Assembly: GCA_964016885.1 (NCBI GenBank)
Contig: OZ024741.1
Coordinates: 103,788,001-103,852,000 of the forward strand
From: Eledone cirrhosa
Lineage: Eukaryota
Direction of reading: 5' to 3'
Length of the DNA stretch: 64,000 bases
The notes beneath the pieces were generated by a model, which had not been told where the DNA came from, did no database searches, and was given only the letters and a program-made list of their open reading frames with translations. Every line of letters starts with the position of its first letter. The first letter of the stretch is position 1. Shown in pieces: positions 45,364 through 59,889 of the stretch. The position numbers and the translations under genes are program-made.

Positions 45364-45381
45364 TATATATATATATATATG

Positions 45382-45482
<101 letters not shown>

Positions 45483-45555
45483 ATATATATGTATGTATAT
45501 ATATATGTATGTATATATATATATATGTATGTATATATATATGTATGTATATATA

Positions 45556-46601
45556 CATAGACTTTACATGTGGCCGGTGTTCTGGTGCAATAAGTAGCAG
45601 CAAGTGCCCACAAAATACTAGCTCTTTCAATTGCGCAGAGGGTTCTATAGAAATAGTGGACAGCTTCCGTTACCTGGGCGATAAAATCAGCAGTGGGGGA
45701 GGGTGCTCTGAAAGTACTGTAGCTAGAGTCAGAACTGGTTGGAAAAAGTTCAGAGAGCTTATACCACTATTAGCTGCTAAAGGGTTCTCCCTAAAAATGA
45801 AAGGCAGGTTGTACGATGCCTGCATACGAACAGCAATGTTGCATGGTAGTGAGACCTGGGCATTGTGTGCAGAGGATATACGCAGACTAGAGAGGAACGA
45901 AGCTTGCATGCTCCGCTGGATGTGTAACAGTAATATACGTGAACGGCAAAGCATAAACGAACTAAGGAAAAAATTAGAGATAAGAGGGATCAGATGTTGT
46001 TTACTCGAGAGAAGGCTGCGTTGGTATGGACACGTGATGCGCATGAAAGTCGATAGCTGTATTACAAAGTGCAGGGCAATAAAGATAGACGGTAGCCACG
46101 GAATAGGCAGACCTAGAAAAACATGGGATGAGCTGATAAACTCCGACCTCACACACTTACACCTCTCCAAGACAATGTCACTGGACCGTGACCTTTGGCG
46201 GTACTCAGTAACAGAGAAGACCCGCCTTGCCAGTAGGCATCTCTAACAAACTACACCCCGTCCCGCCACCACCCCCACCCCATCCACACCACCCCGTTCT
46301 ATGTAAAGTTATGTTGGTGCCGCGCCATCCAGGCCGAAACAAATGAGATCGTGTAGGTGTCACGACAAAAAAACACACAGTCCACGCTGTAATGTGGCCG
46401 TGTAGGCAACACGGTAAAAACCTCCCAGACCCACACTGTAAATGTGGTTGGTGTTAGGAAGGGCATCCAACTGTAGAAAACCTGCCAGACAGTCCTATGC
46501 GAGCAAGACAATCACTCTTGCCTCAAGTGGGACTACCCCCGTCCAAACCCATGCAAGCGTGGAACACGGACGTTAAACGTTGATGATGATGATGATGATG
46601 A
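45556..46601 (+). mobile_element. RTE LINE, 5'-truncated
   Basis: DFTCGRC..FRYLG..LHGSETW..GRPRKTW, stop at 46246, 3' UTR, (GAT)n tail. Confidence 0.95.
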
Positions 46602-46750
46602 TATATATATATACATACATACATATATATACATATACACATATATATATACACATATACATCTATATATATACATATATATATATACATATATATACAT
46701 ATATATATATACATATATATATATATACATATATATACATATATATATAC

Positions 46751-46781
<31 letters not shown>

Positions 46782-46802
46782 CATATACATATATACATAT
46801 AC

Positions 46803-46834
<32 letters not shown>

Positions 46835-47040
46835 ACATATACATATATATATATATACATATACATATACATATATATACATATATATATATATATACAT
46901 ATATATATACATATATATATACATATACATATATATATACATATACATATACATATATATACATATATATATACATATACATATATATACATATATATAT
47001 ACATATACATATACATATATATACATATATATACATATAC

Positions 47041-47075
<35 letters not shown>

Positions 47076-47309
47076 CATATATATATACATATATATATAT
47101 ACATATATATATATACATATACATATACATATATATATATACATATACATATACAAATACATATATACATATACATATACAAATACATATATATATACAT
47201 ATACATATATATACATATATATACATATACATATATATACATATACATATATATATATATACATATACATATATATACATATACATATATATACATATAC
47301 ATATACATA

Positions 47310-47345
<36 letters not shown>

Positions 47346-47806
47346 CATATATATATACATATACATATACATATATATATACATACATATACATATATAC
47401 ATATATACATATACATATATACATATATATATAGATATATACATATACATATATACATATATATATAGATATATATATATATACATATACATATAGATAT
47501 ATAGATATATACATATACATATATACATATATATACATATACATATATATACATATACATATATATACATATATATACATATATATACATATATATACAT
47601 ATACATATATATACACATATATATATACATATATATACACATATATATATACATATATATATACATATATATACACATATATATATACATATATATACAC
47701 ATATATATATATACATATATATACACATATATATATATACATATATATATACATATATACATATACATATATATATACATATATATATACATATATACAT
47801 ATATAC

Positions 47807-47869
<63 letters not shown>

Positions 47870-47974
47870 TATATACATATACATATATATACATATATAT
47901 ACATATATATATACATATATATATATACATATATATATACATATATATATACATATATATATATACATATATAT

Positions 47975-48013
<39 letters not shown>

Positions 48014-48316
48014 TATATACATATATATATATACATATATATATACATATATATATATACATATATATATACATATATATATACATATATATATATACAT
48101 ATATATATACATATATATATATATACATATATATATACATATATATATACATATATATATATACATATATATATACATATATATATACATATATATATAC
48201 ATATATATGTATACATATATACATATATATATATATACATATACATATATATATATACATATACATATATACATATATATATATATACATATATATACAT
48301 ATACATATATATATAC

Positions 48317-48347
<31 letters not shown>

Positions 48348-48370
48348 CATATACATATATATACATATAC

Positions 48371-48404
<34 letters not shown>

Positions 48405-48455
48405 ATACATATATATATATATACATATATATACATATATACATATACATATACC

Positions 48456-48506
<51 letters not shown>

Positions 48507-48530
48507 AAACATATACATATATATATATAC

Positions 48531-48565
<35 letters not shown>

Positions 48566-48713
48566 CATATATATATAGATATATATATATATATATATAT
48601 ACATATATATATAGATATATATATATATATATACATATATATATAGATATATATATATACATATATATATAGATATATATATATATATATATATACATAT
48701 ATATATACATATA

Positions 48714-48744
<31 letters not shown>

Positions 48745-48879
48745 ACATATACATATATATACATATATATACATATACATATATATACATATATATATAT
48801 ACATATATATATACATATATATATATATACATATATATACATATATATACATATATATATATATACATATGTATATACA

Positions 48880-48945
<66 letters not shown>

Positions 48946-48974
48946 CATATATATACATATACATATGTATATAC

Positions 48975-49009
<35 letters not shown>

Positions 49010-49020
49010 CATATATATAC

Positions 49021-49103
<83 letters not shown>

Positions 49104-49381
49104 CATATATATATACATATATATACATATATACATATATATACATACATATACATACATATATATATACATATATATATACATATATATATACATATAT
49201 ATATATATACATATATATATACATATATATACATATATATATACATATATATATACATATATATACATATATATATACATATACATATATATATACATAT
49301 ATATATACATATACATATATATATACATATATATACATATATATATATACATATATATATACATATATATATACATATACA

Positions 49382-49417
<36 letters not shown>

Positions 49418-49437
49418 CATATATATATACATATACA

Positions 49438-49473
<36 letters not shown>

Positions 49474-49600
49474 CATATATATATACATATACATATATAT
49501 ATATATATACATATATATATACATATACATATATATATATATATACATATATATATACATATATATATACATATATATATACATATATATATATACATAT
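46602..49600. repeat. About 3-kb compound (AT)n/(ATAC)n microsatellite
   Basis: Direct inspection. Confidence 0.95.
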
Positions 49601-50208
49601 GGTGGCTGCCAACTCGTTTTCGAGTACGGCCACTACTTTATATCCATGTAGGAGAACCCCTACCGATGCGCTGAACGAGTGTGACTTTTTAGTCCAGCCA
49701 GCGACTTGAAAACTCTGGTACAAACACTACACTTGTGACAATTATTGACACATAGTGCTTTACCTTTGGTACCATGTGACGACAAGTGCAGAGAGATCTC
49801 CAGATACAAAGCAATGCCTGTGCCATGAAGCTTTTATAGTGAGCAAAGGCACTGCACAAAGCCAGTCCCACTCTCTTAACCAAGATGATATTTACCAAAA
49901 AGAAGAACAAGTCAACATCATTGGATACCATCAGGGTTGCAGGTGTTATATCAGAGTTTTCCTTCTCCTAGAATTCTGCCTTGACAAAGGCTAAGGGGTC
50001 ATCTCTCCCAGTGATTTTGGATGGCCATTGACTCTTAAGAGCTCCTTTGCCCTTTGACAGGTTTTGTTTTAGTCCTGCAGGATGTCCAAAGTCACCCTCC
50101 TCACCAAGAAACCTTGGTGGGGTTGCCAGTTTAGTCGCCAACGACCCGACCATGAGACAGGTTGTACTGGGATACATGTTACCAATAGCACCAAGTGGTG
50201 ACCTGACA
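49601..50208 (-). mobile_element. Short bipartite RTE-derived non-autonomous element (5' UTR plus C2H2-encoding 3' end)
   Basis: RTE-type 5' UTR motif ctaggagaaggaaaactctga; 3' part reads [23 protein letters not shown] (49731-49660). Confidence 0.65.
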
Positions 50209-50232
50209 TAATATATATATATATACATATAC

Positions 50233-50279
<47 letters not shown>

Positions 50280-50668
50280 CATATATATATACATATATAT
50301 ATACATATATATATATATACATATATATATACATATATATATACATATATATATATACATATATATATATATACATATATATATACATATATATATATAT
50401 ACATATATATATACATATATATATACATATATATATATATACATATATATATACATATATATACATATATATATACATATATATACATATATATATACAT
50501 ATATATATACATATATATATATATACATATATATATATACATATATATATATATACATATATATATACATATATATATACATATATATATACATATATAT
50601 ATACATATATATATACATATATATATATACATATATATATACATATATATATACATATATATATATAC

Positions 50669-50699
<31 letters not shown>

Positions 50700-50912
50700 C
50701 ATATATACATATATATATATATACATATATATACATATACATATATACATATATATATACATATATATATATATATACATATATATATACATATATACAT
50801 ATATATATATATACATATATATACATATACATATATACATATATATATACATATACATATATATATATATATACATATATATATACATATATATATACAT
50901 ATATATATATAC

Positions 50913-50966
<54 letters not shown>

Positions 50967-51160
50967 ATACATATACATACACATATATATATACATATAC
51001 ATATATATATACATATACATATATATATATATATATACATACATATATATATATACATATACACATATATATATATATATATATACATCTATATATATAC
51101 ATATATATACATATATATACATATATATATATACATATATATATATATACATATATATAC

Positions 51161-51207
<47 letters not shown>

Positions 51208-51228
51208 CATATACATATATACATATAC

Positions 51229-51260
<32 letters not shown>

Positions 51261-51311
51261 ATACATATACATATATATATACATATACATATATATATAT
51301 ATACATATACA

Positions 51312-51347
<36 letters not shown>

Positions 51348-51705
51348 CATATATATATACATATACATATATATATACATATACATATACATATATATAT
51401 ACATATACATATATATACATATATATATACATATACATATACATATATATACATATATATACATATACATATATATATATACATATATATATATACATAT
51501 ATATATACATATATATATATACATATATATATATACATATACATATACATATATATATATACATATACATGATACAAATACATATATACATATACATATA
51601 CAAATACATATATATATACATATACATATATATACATATACATATATATACATATACATATATATATATATACATATACATATATATACATATACATATA
51701 TATAC

Positions 51706-51746
<41 letters not shown>

Positions 51747-52084
51747 TATATACATATACATATACATATACATATATATATATACATACATATACATATA
51801 TACATATATATATACATACATATACATATATACATATATATATAGATATATAGATATATACATATACATATATACATATACATATAGATATATAGATATA
51901 TACATATATATATAGATATATATATACATATACATATATATATACATATACATATACATATACATATATATATACATATACATATATATATACATATACA
52001 TATATATACATATACATATATATACATATACATATACACATATATATATACATATATATACACATATATATATACATACATATA

Positions 52085-52117
<33 letters not shown>

Positions 52118-52158
52118 ATATATACATATACATATACATATATATATACATATATATA

Positions 52159-52191
<33 letters not shown>

Positions 52192-52293
52192 ATATATATA
52201 CATATACATATATACATATATATATATATACATATACATATATATACATATACATATATATACATATATATATACATATACATATATATACAT

Positions 52294-52340
<47 letters not shown>

Positions 52341-52660
52341 TATATACATATATATATATACATATATATATACATATATATATACATATATATATACATA
52401 TATATATATACATATATATATACATATATATATACATATACATATATATAATACATATATATATACATATACATATATATATATACATATATATATACAT
52501 ACATATATATACATATATATACATATACATATATATATACATATACATATATATATATACATATATATATACATATATATATATATACATATACATATAC
52601 ATATATATATATATACATATACATATATATATATATACATATACATATATATACATATAC

Positions 52661-52734
<74 letters not shown>

Positions 52735-52970
52735 ACATATACATATATACATATACATATATATACATATATACATATACATATATATATATACATATAT
52801 ATATATACATATATATATACATATACATATATACATATACATATATATACATATATACATATACATATATATATATACATATATATATATACATATACAT
52901 ATATATATACATATATATATATACATATATATATACATATACATATATATACATATACATATATATATAC

Positions 52971-53016
<46 letters not shown>

Positions 53017-53052
53017 TATATACATATATATATAATATATATATATATATAC

Positions 53053-53103
<51 letters not shown>

Positions 53104-53362
53104 CATATATATATACATATACATATACATATATATACATATATATATACATATACATATATATACATATATATATACATATATAATATATATATATACA
53201 TATACATATATATACATATATATATACATATATATATACATATATATATATATACATATATATACATATATATATACATATATATATATACATATACTAT
53301 ATACATATATATATATACATATATATATATATACATATATATATATACATATATATATATAC

Positions 53363-53393
<31 letters not shown>

Positions 53394-53448
53394 CATATAT
53401 ATATACATATATATATATATACATATATATATATACATATATATATAC

Positions 53449-53479
<31 letters not shown>

Positions 53480-53492
53480 CATATATATATAC

Positions 53493-53523
<31 letters not shown>

Positions 53524-53536
53524 CATATATATATAC

Positions 53537-53567
<31 letters not shown>

Positions 53568-53806
53568 CATATATATATACATATATATATATATACATAT
53601 ATATATATACATATATATATATATACATATATATATACATATATATATATATACATATATATATATACATATATATATATATACATATATATATACATAT
53701 ATATATATATATACATATATATATACATATATATATATATACATATATATATACATATATATATACATATATATATATATACATATATATATACATATAT
53801 ATATAC

Positions 53807-53861
<55 letters not shown>

Positions 53862-54010
53862 CATATATATATACATATATATACACATATATATATACAT
53901 ATATATATACATATATATACATATATATATACATATATATAATATACATATATATATACATATATATACATATATATATACATATATATATACATATATA
54001 TATACATATA
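50209..54010. repeat. At least 3.8 kb of compound microsatellite running into the assembly gap
   Basis: Direct inspection. Confidence 0.95.
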
Positions 54011-54210
54011 NNNNNNNNNNNNNNNNNNNNNNNNNNNNNNNNNNNNNNNNNNNNNNNNNNNNNNNNNNNNNNNNNNNNNNNNNNNNNNNNNNNNNNNNNN
54101 NNNNNNNNNNNNNNNNNNNNNNNNNNNNNNNNNNNNNNNNNNNNNNNNNNNNNNNNNNNNNNNNNNNNNNNNNNNNNNNNNNNNNNNNNNNNNNNNNNNN
54201 NNNNNNNNNN
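54011..54210. other. Assembly gap (200 N)
   Basis: Run of n. Confidence 1.
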
Positions 54211-54221
54211 TTCTATAAATT

Positions 54222-54300
<79 letters not shown>

Positions 54301-54352
54301 TTATATATATATATATAATATAAGATCAAAAGATGGTTATAAGAGTTCCAAG

Positions 54353-54423
54353 TATTTTATTATGCGCATTTCAAAAACAAATATCATCCTGGGATGATAT
54401 CTGCGTTTTCATCAGATAAAATA
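54353..54423 (-). ncRNA. Type I hammerhead ribozyme motif, intact core
   Basis: tattttat CTGATGA aaacgcagatatcatc-ccag-gatgatatttgttttt GAAA tgcgca TA ataaaata: 8-bp stem I, long stem II, palindromic stem III, AUA site. Confidence 0.8.
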
Positions 54424-54790
54424 GGGATACATGATATGAAGCTTAAAAAACACTTGTGAATAGTGAAGTTTTAAATCAACATAAGTTTGAAATGAGCATA
54501 ATAAAATACTTGGAACTCTTTTAACCATCTTTTGATCTTATATTATTTATACTCCAGTCCTACAAACTGTAGAGTGCTACTTATCCGATATTTGCATTGC
54601 TTTATTGTGCTACAATAAAACTCACCTCCTACATATATATATATATATATATATATAGGAACGAGTAGGACCCCGACGGCTGAGCTCAGCCATCGGGGTC
54701 CTACTCGTTCCTATTACCCACTCTACTACCCTAAGTATTGAGTACTTTGGTGCGTTATGGTCCACCTGGTTCCTTACCACATTTCCTTCG

Positions 54791-54855
<65 letters not shown>

Positions 54856-55104
54856 TGTAATAAACAACATAAGGCAATTATTCCATTTACCAGTGGTTTC
54901 TTAAAAGCAAAAAATTTTGCTTTCAATCATCAGAAAGAAAAAATAGTAATAATAATAAATTTGAAGACTAAAATCCAAAGAGGGCTCAATAAGGATAAAG
55001 ATATATATATATATATATATAATACAATATGTAGAAAAGATAACACACTAGAGAGAGAGAGATAATGCGCCATCAGTCAAACAGGGAAAAACCACCAGTG
55101 TATG

Positions 55105-55529
55105 GCAGAGTAGACACACAATAATTAAAAGTATAAATTAAAGTGTAAATACATACCTCGATAACTATCTAACACACATGTACAAATCGAAAAAGATCTG
55201 TTTCGCCAAGTTCTGTGGTTGAGCACACCTCTCTGAGTGGTTTGGGCTGCCCTTTCTAGCAGCTCATCCCTTAGAAGCCACTGGTTACTGCCCTAGGCAC
55301 GCTGTGAATTCTCTCTCCCACGTGTGGCTGGACGGTCGCTTTAGATTCTCTTAGAGTTGTCTGAAATGTATAGCCTTACACACGCTGATGAACCATGGGC
55401 TAATCATTTCTGTCAACAACTTATTTGGCGAAACAGATCTTTTTGGATTTGTACGTGTGTGTTAGATAGTTATCGAGGTACGTATTTACACTTTAATTTA
55501 TACTTTTAATTATTGTGTGTCTACTCTGC
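55105..55529. repeat. Fold-back element, arms 55105-55209 and 55425-55529
   Basis: About 105-bp inverted arms; the right arm overlaps the hammerhead. Confidence 0.85.
55378..55460 (+). ncRNA. Type I hammerhead ribozyme, intact core with stable stem III
   Basis: acacacg CTGATGA a CCA..TGG c GAAA cagatc-tttttg-gatttg TA cgtgtgt; predicted GUA cleavage after 55453. Confidence 0.85.
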
Positions 55530-55649
55530 TTTCCATGGGCTAATTATCTTTTCTACATATTGTATTATAAAGAGCTCGGGATTCCTTCTCCTTTGAGCAC
55601 ATTACTGACAGGGAATAGCGAGAGTCTATGGCTCCGTTAATTTATCATG

Positions 55650-55681
<32 letters not shown>

Positions 55682-56224
55682 AAAAGGTAAACAGAAATAA
55701 CAACACAATCGGTACAGTATATGGAAGGAATATATTTATTTAACGCTAGTCCTCCATCAGAAGAAGGAATGAGTCATTAGAAAGAATGAAAGGATGAGCA
55801 GAGCAGAATCGGAAAAAAAATGTTTTTAGAAAAAAATAACAGGCTCATTCATGTTGCCATCTCTTGGAAACTGTTATATATCATTTCATTTCATTTCATT
55901 TTACGTCCGCTTTTTCCCTGCTTGCAAGGGTGGGATGGAAACTGATGGTGGCTTGATTTCTACAGCTGGATGCCCTTCCTAACACCAACCTCATTTACAG
56001 TGAGTGCTGGGTGCTTTTTTGCCGTGGTACCTCCACGACCACTTTGCAGTGGAATGATATGGACCCCAGTTCCTATCATCTCATTTCTACAGCTGAGTAA
56101 ACTGGAGCAATGTGAAATAAAGTGTCTTGCTCAAGGAAGCAACACATCACCCGGTCTGAGAATTGAACTCACAACCTTTCGATTGCAAGGCCAATGCTCT
56201 AACTACTAAGCCATGTACCTCCAT

Positions 56225-56227
<3 letters not shown>

Positions 56228-56283
<56 letters not shown>

Positions 56284-56326
56284 GTATATATATGTATATA
56301 TATATATATGTATATGTATATATATG

Positions 56327-56375
<49 letters not shown>

Positions 56376-56476
56376 GTATATGTATATATATATGTATATG
56401 TATATATATATGTATATATATATATATGTATATGTGTATATATATATGTATATGTATATGTATATGTATATATATG

Positions 56477-56548
<72 letters not shown>

Positions 56549-56602
56549 TATGTATATGTATATATATATGTATATGTATATATATATATATGTATATGTA
56601 TG

Positions 56603-56657
<55 letters not shown>
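56228..56657. repeat. (AT)n/(ATGT)n microsatellite
   Basis: Direct inspection. Confidence 0.95.
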
Positions 56658-56661
<4 letters not shown>

Positions 56662-56849
56662 TTTTTTTTGCTCTACGGTTCTTATATATTTGATATATAT
56701 ATTTATCCTTATCGAGCCCTCTTTGGATTTTAGTCTTCAAATTTTTATTATTACTATATATATATATATACATATATATAAGCATGAACCTAATACCTAA
56801 CTCCTTTCGCAACTCCTTGTTGTTATTACTGGAATAGCTGGTGGGAAAT

Positions 56850-58393
56850 TTATTATACAAAATATATAAATAAATTTACAGTAGAATTACATAACAAATA
56901 TGTTTTAAATATATACATAAATAACATTACAAATGCTTAGATAACATTATAAATTGCTCGCGATTCTTTCAGAAGGATATAGTCTTTTAATGTTGCAATT
57001 AAAGAAAATGTAAAGGGAGGGGGTGAACAACCGAGTCAACACCAGAGCAAAAGACAGTAGCGTCGCGAGGGGTACCGGGCAACCTCTCTAAAGATTTTTG
57101 AGGCAAGCCAGCACACTCGCAGCGTTGCCACGGGTGATGGCGGGGCTAATGCGCTGGAACAACCAAGTGCCCTCGCGAGATTCGCCAGTTACCTCTATTA
57201 GGCGAGCCGCCAGTGAAGAAAGGAACCTCAAAGTCACCGGCCCCCAAATGTCTCGAAAGCCAGAGGCTGAAAATGTAGCTAGCCGACAGATCACAGTATT
57301 TGAGGGTCCTACTCCGCTCGGCTGCGGAAGCTGTGGCTCTCGTCCTAACCGCAGCATCCAGGATGTGGGAAAGAGCAAACAGTGACGTCCCAGACAAGGC
57401 ACCTGCCTCTCGACCAGGGGCATAGGGTAAGGCCGTCAGGTCTTTTGCCGTCACTTATAGACAACCCAGATGGTTCTAAAATTGAGGGGATGTTCGCCCG
57501 GGCCAAAGCTCTCTTGAGAATGAGGTTTTGCTCCGTGTGACGCATGAAGCGGCCAGCATTCAGACGGCAAGAAAGACCGTGGAGTCGAGGAGCTTGCTGC
57601 ATCAGCACCTCAAACCCATGCAGACGTCAGCTCCCACTCTGAGGGCGATGGAGACACAAAGTTTGTCCAGGCAGAGTTGGCCACGGGTAGGGCATCAACC
57701 CAGTCACCTGAGTATTTGACGCTGGCAGATAGTAAGCGGCACCTTGCTAACTGATCTGACTGGACAAAGAGGGAGTTGAAGGTGGCCTTCGAACTTATGC
57801 TGTCCCAAGTTCTCTGACTTCGACTGTCCTCCACCTCAGGAAGAGACAAGCCCAACTCACTCCATTGCTGGAGAGCTTCACCCAACTCACTGTTGGAAGT
57901 AGTCCATGTTGGAGAGGAGAGGATACTGTTCACCAGGGTGGATGAAAGGAAGCAGGCGAGAGAGAGGGACGAACACTTACGAAGACCAAGACCCCCAAAT
58001 CGCTTGGGCAACGCAGCCTGATCGCGGGAGTCTGGAGAGAATCTAACATTGACCAGGCACTCGAATCTCTCGTAGATTAGGTCGTCGAAGCATTGGAGGC
58101 AGGACAGAAATCTGTGAGAGGGGCTGACCCTGAGCACATACAGAAGCTTAGGAATAGACAGCTAGTTCCTGAGTATGAAGAAACCTTGATGGGGTTCGAT
58201 AACTTCAATATTCTTCAGCAGCTGCTCAAGGCCAACCATCTTCGATTGGAAGATTGACTCGAAGGCAAGGTCTGTGATTGGCGCTCCTAAGGAGCACCAA
58301 GCCGAAGGGGGTGGGACCGCGATGGAGGAAAGGACTTTGCAAACAGGTCGATTAGCTGTTGGTGTTGAGAAGCCGGGTGGTTGAAAATCCATT
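56850..58393 (-). mobile_element. CRE-like RLE non-LTR retrotransposon, 5'-truncated, frameshifted
   Basis: LGAPI; LPKRFGGLG; GDWVDALPV; HGLSCR..AGRFMRH; LEPSGL..DGKRPDGLTLCPWSRG..LVWDVT; WLFQRISxAIxRGNAASVL. Confidence 0.85.
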
Positions 58394-58435
58394 TCCAATA
58401 TATATATATATATATTGTTTTTTTTAATTTGTTTT

Positions 58436-58928
58436 GAAAGATTTCTTATCTGAAAACGTGTGTTGAAACAGATATTGTTATACTTTGGAAGGGTCATGCT
58501 GCCAATAAAAAAACACATGCACCTGGTGATTTTTCACTTCAATTTATAAATTTCCAGTTGGTTCAATAATTGGATGGTTGTTTATATATTGTCAAAGCTC
58601 TTTTGTCACACATTCTGTGACCTCCTCAGTGACTGGGTTTTCATTTTGTGTCTCTCCTTTGTTCTGTCCTACACCATCTTGTTTTTGTGTAGATGGTGTA
58701 GGATAGAACAAAAGAGAGACATAAAATGAAAACTCAGTCACTGAGAAGGCCACAGAATGTGTGACGAAAGAGCTTTGACAATATATAAACAGCCATCCAG
58801 TTATCGAACCAACCAACCAACTGGAATTTGATAATAAATTCAAGGGAAAACCAACAGGTGCCTGTGTTTTTATTGGCAGCATGACCCTTCCAAAGTATAA
58901 CAATATCTGTTTCAGATAAGAAATCTTG
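58436..58928. repeat. About 490-bp fold-back element with a decayed hammerhead in each arm
   Basis: Arms 58436-58679 and 58691-58928; motifs at 58591-58633 (-) and 58737-58779 (+); related fold-back at 60100-60250. Confidence 0.8.
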
Positions 58929-59244
58929 CAAAATATACATATATATATATTTGTAAACGATATACAAGGATATATCAATTGAGAAACAAGCTAGTAGATT
59001 TAGATACTAGTTTAAAGCCATATACATAGAATACTTATAAGTATTCTATGTATGGCTTTAAATCTACTATGGAAGTATAGCCATCTAAGTACAGCATAAT
59101 CTTTATGTGAGTACAGCAATCTAACACATATGTGTATGACTTTAAATTTGTATTTAAATCTATATATCATTTGCTATGTATGTATATATGTAAAAAATGC
59201 TAGTTTGTTTTTTAATTGATATATCCTCACATATCACTTACAAA

Positions 59245-59460
59245 TCTATACTAATAAAGCTGACGGCTGTATGTATGTAACAAACTTTTCGCACCAAACA
59301 GCACCAAATTTGCACCATAGATGTAACTTTTTCCAAGTAAGAAAGTGAGGATATTTTTGTCTACTAAATTTTGATAAAAGATTAAAGATATTATTTAAAT
59401 ATTCACTTCTTTAAAATTTTCAAATGTCAACACTTGCGGTTATACGACATTCCTCTCTCT
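59245..59460 (+). mobile_element. Helitron-like 5' fragment
   Basis: A|TCTATACTAATAAAG..(tgta)n..caccaaatttgcac; no 3' end seen. Confidence 0.4.
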
Positions 59461-59717
59461 TTCTTAGTCTGTCTTTTTAGATAGATACATAGCTATAACG
59501 TCGCGCCCTTACAATATGTCTCTGTATGTCTGGCTGTCTGCATTATGAAAACCATTCTGTACATTGACTTCGTTATCTGCGTGTGTGTGTATATATGTAT
59601 ATATATAGTGTGTATATATATATGTGTGTGTATATATATATATGTATGTATATATACGTATAAAGGAATGCTGTAATAAAATGTACAAATCAAACTGTCT
59701 CTTATTTATGATACTAA

Positions 59718-59790
<73 letters not shown>

Positions 59791-59818
59791 ATCAAAAGAT
59801 GGTTAAAAGAGTTCCAAG

Positions 59819-59889
59819 TATTTTATTATGCGCATTTCAAAAAAAAATATCATCATGAGATGATATCTGCGTTTTCATCGGATAAAATA
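59819..59889 (-). ncRNA. Hammerhead motif, second copy of the 54353 family (core CCGATGA)
   Basis: Within direct duplicate 59788-60085 of 54320-54655; U4C change in the core. Confidence 0.6.
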
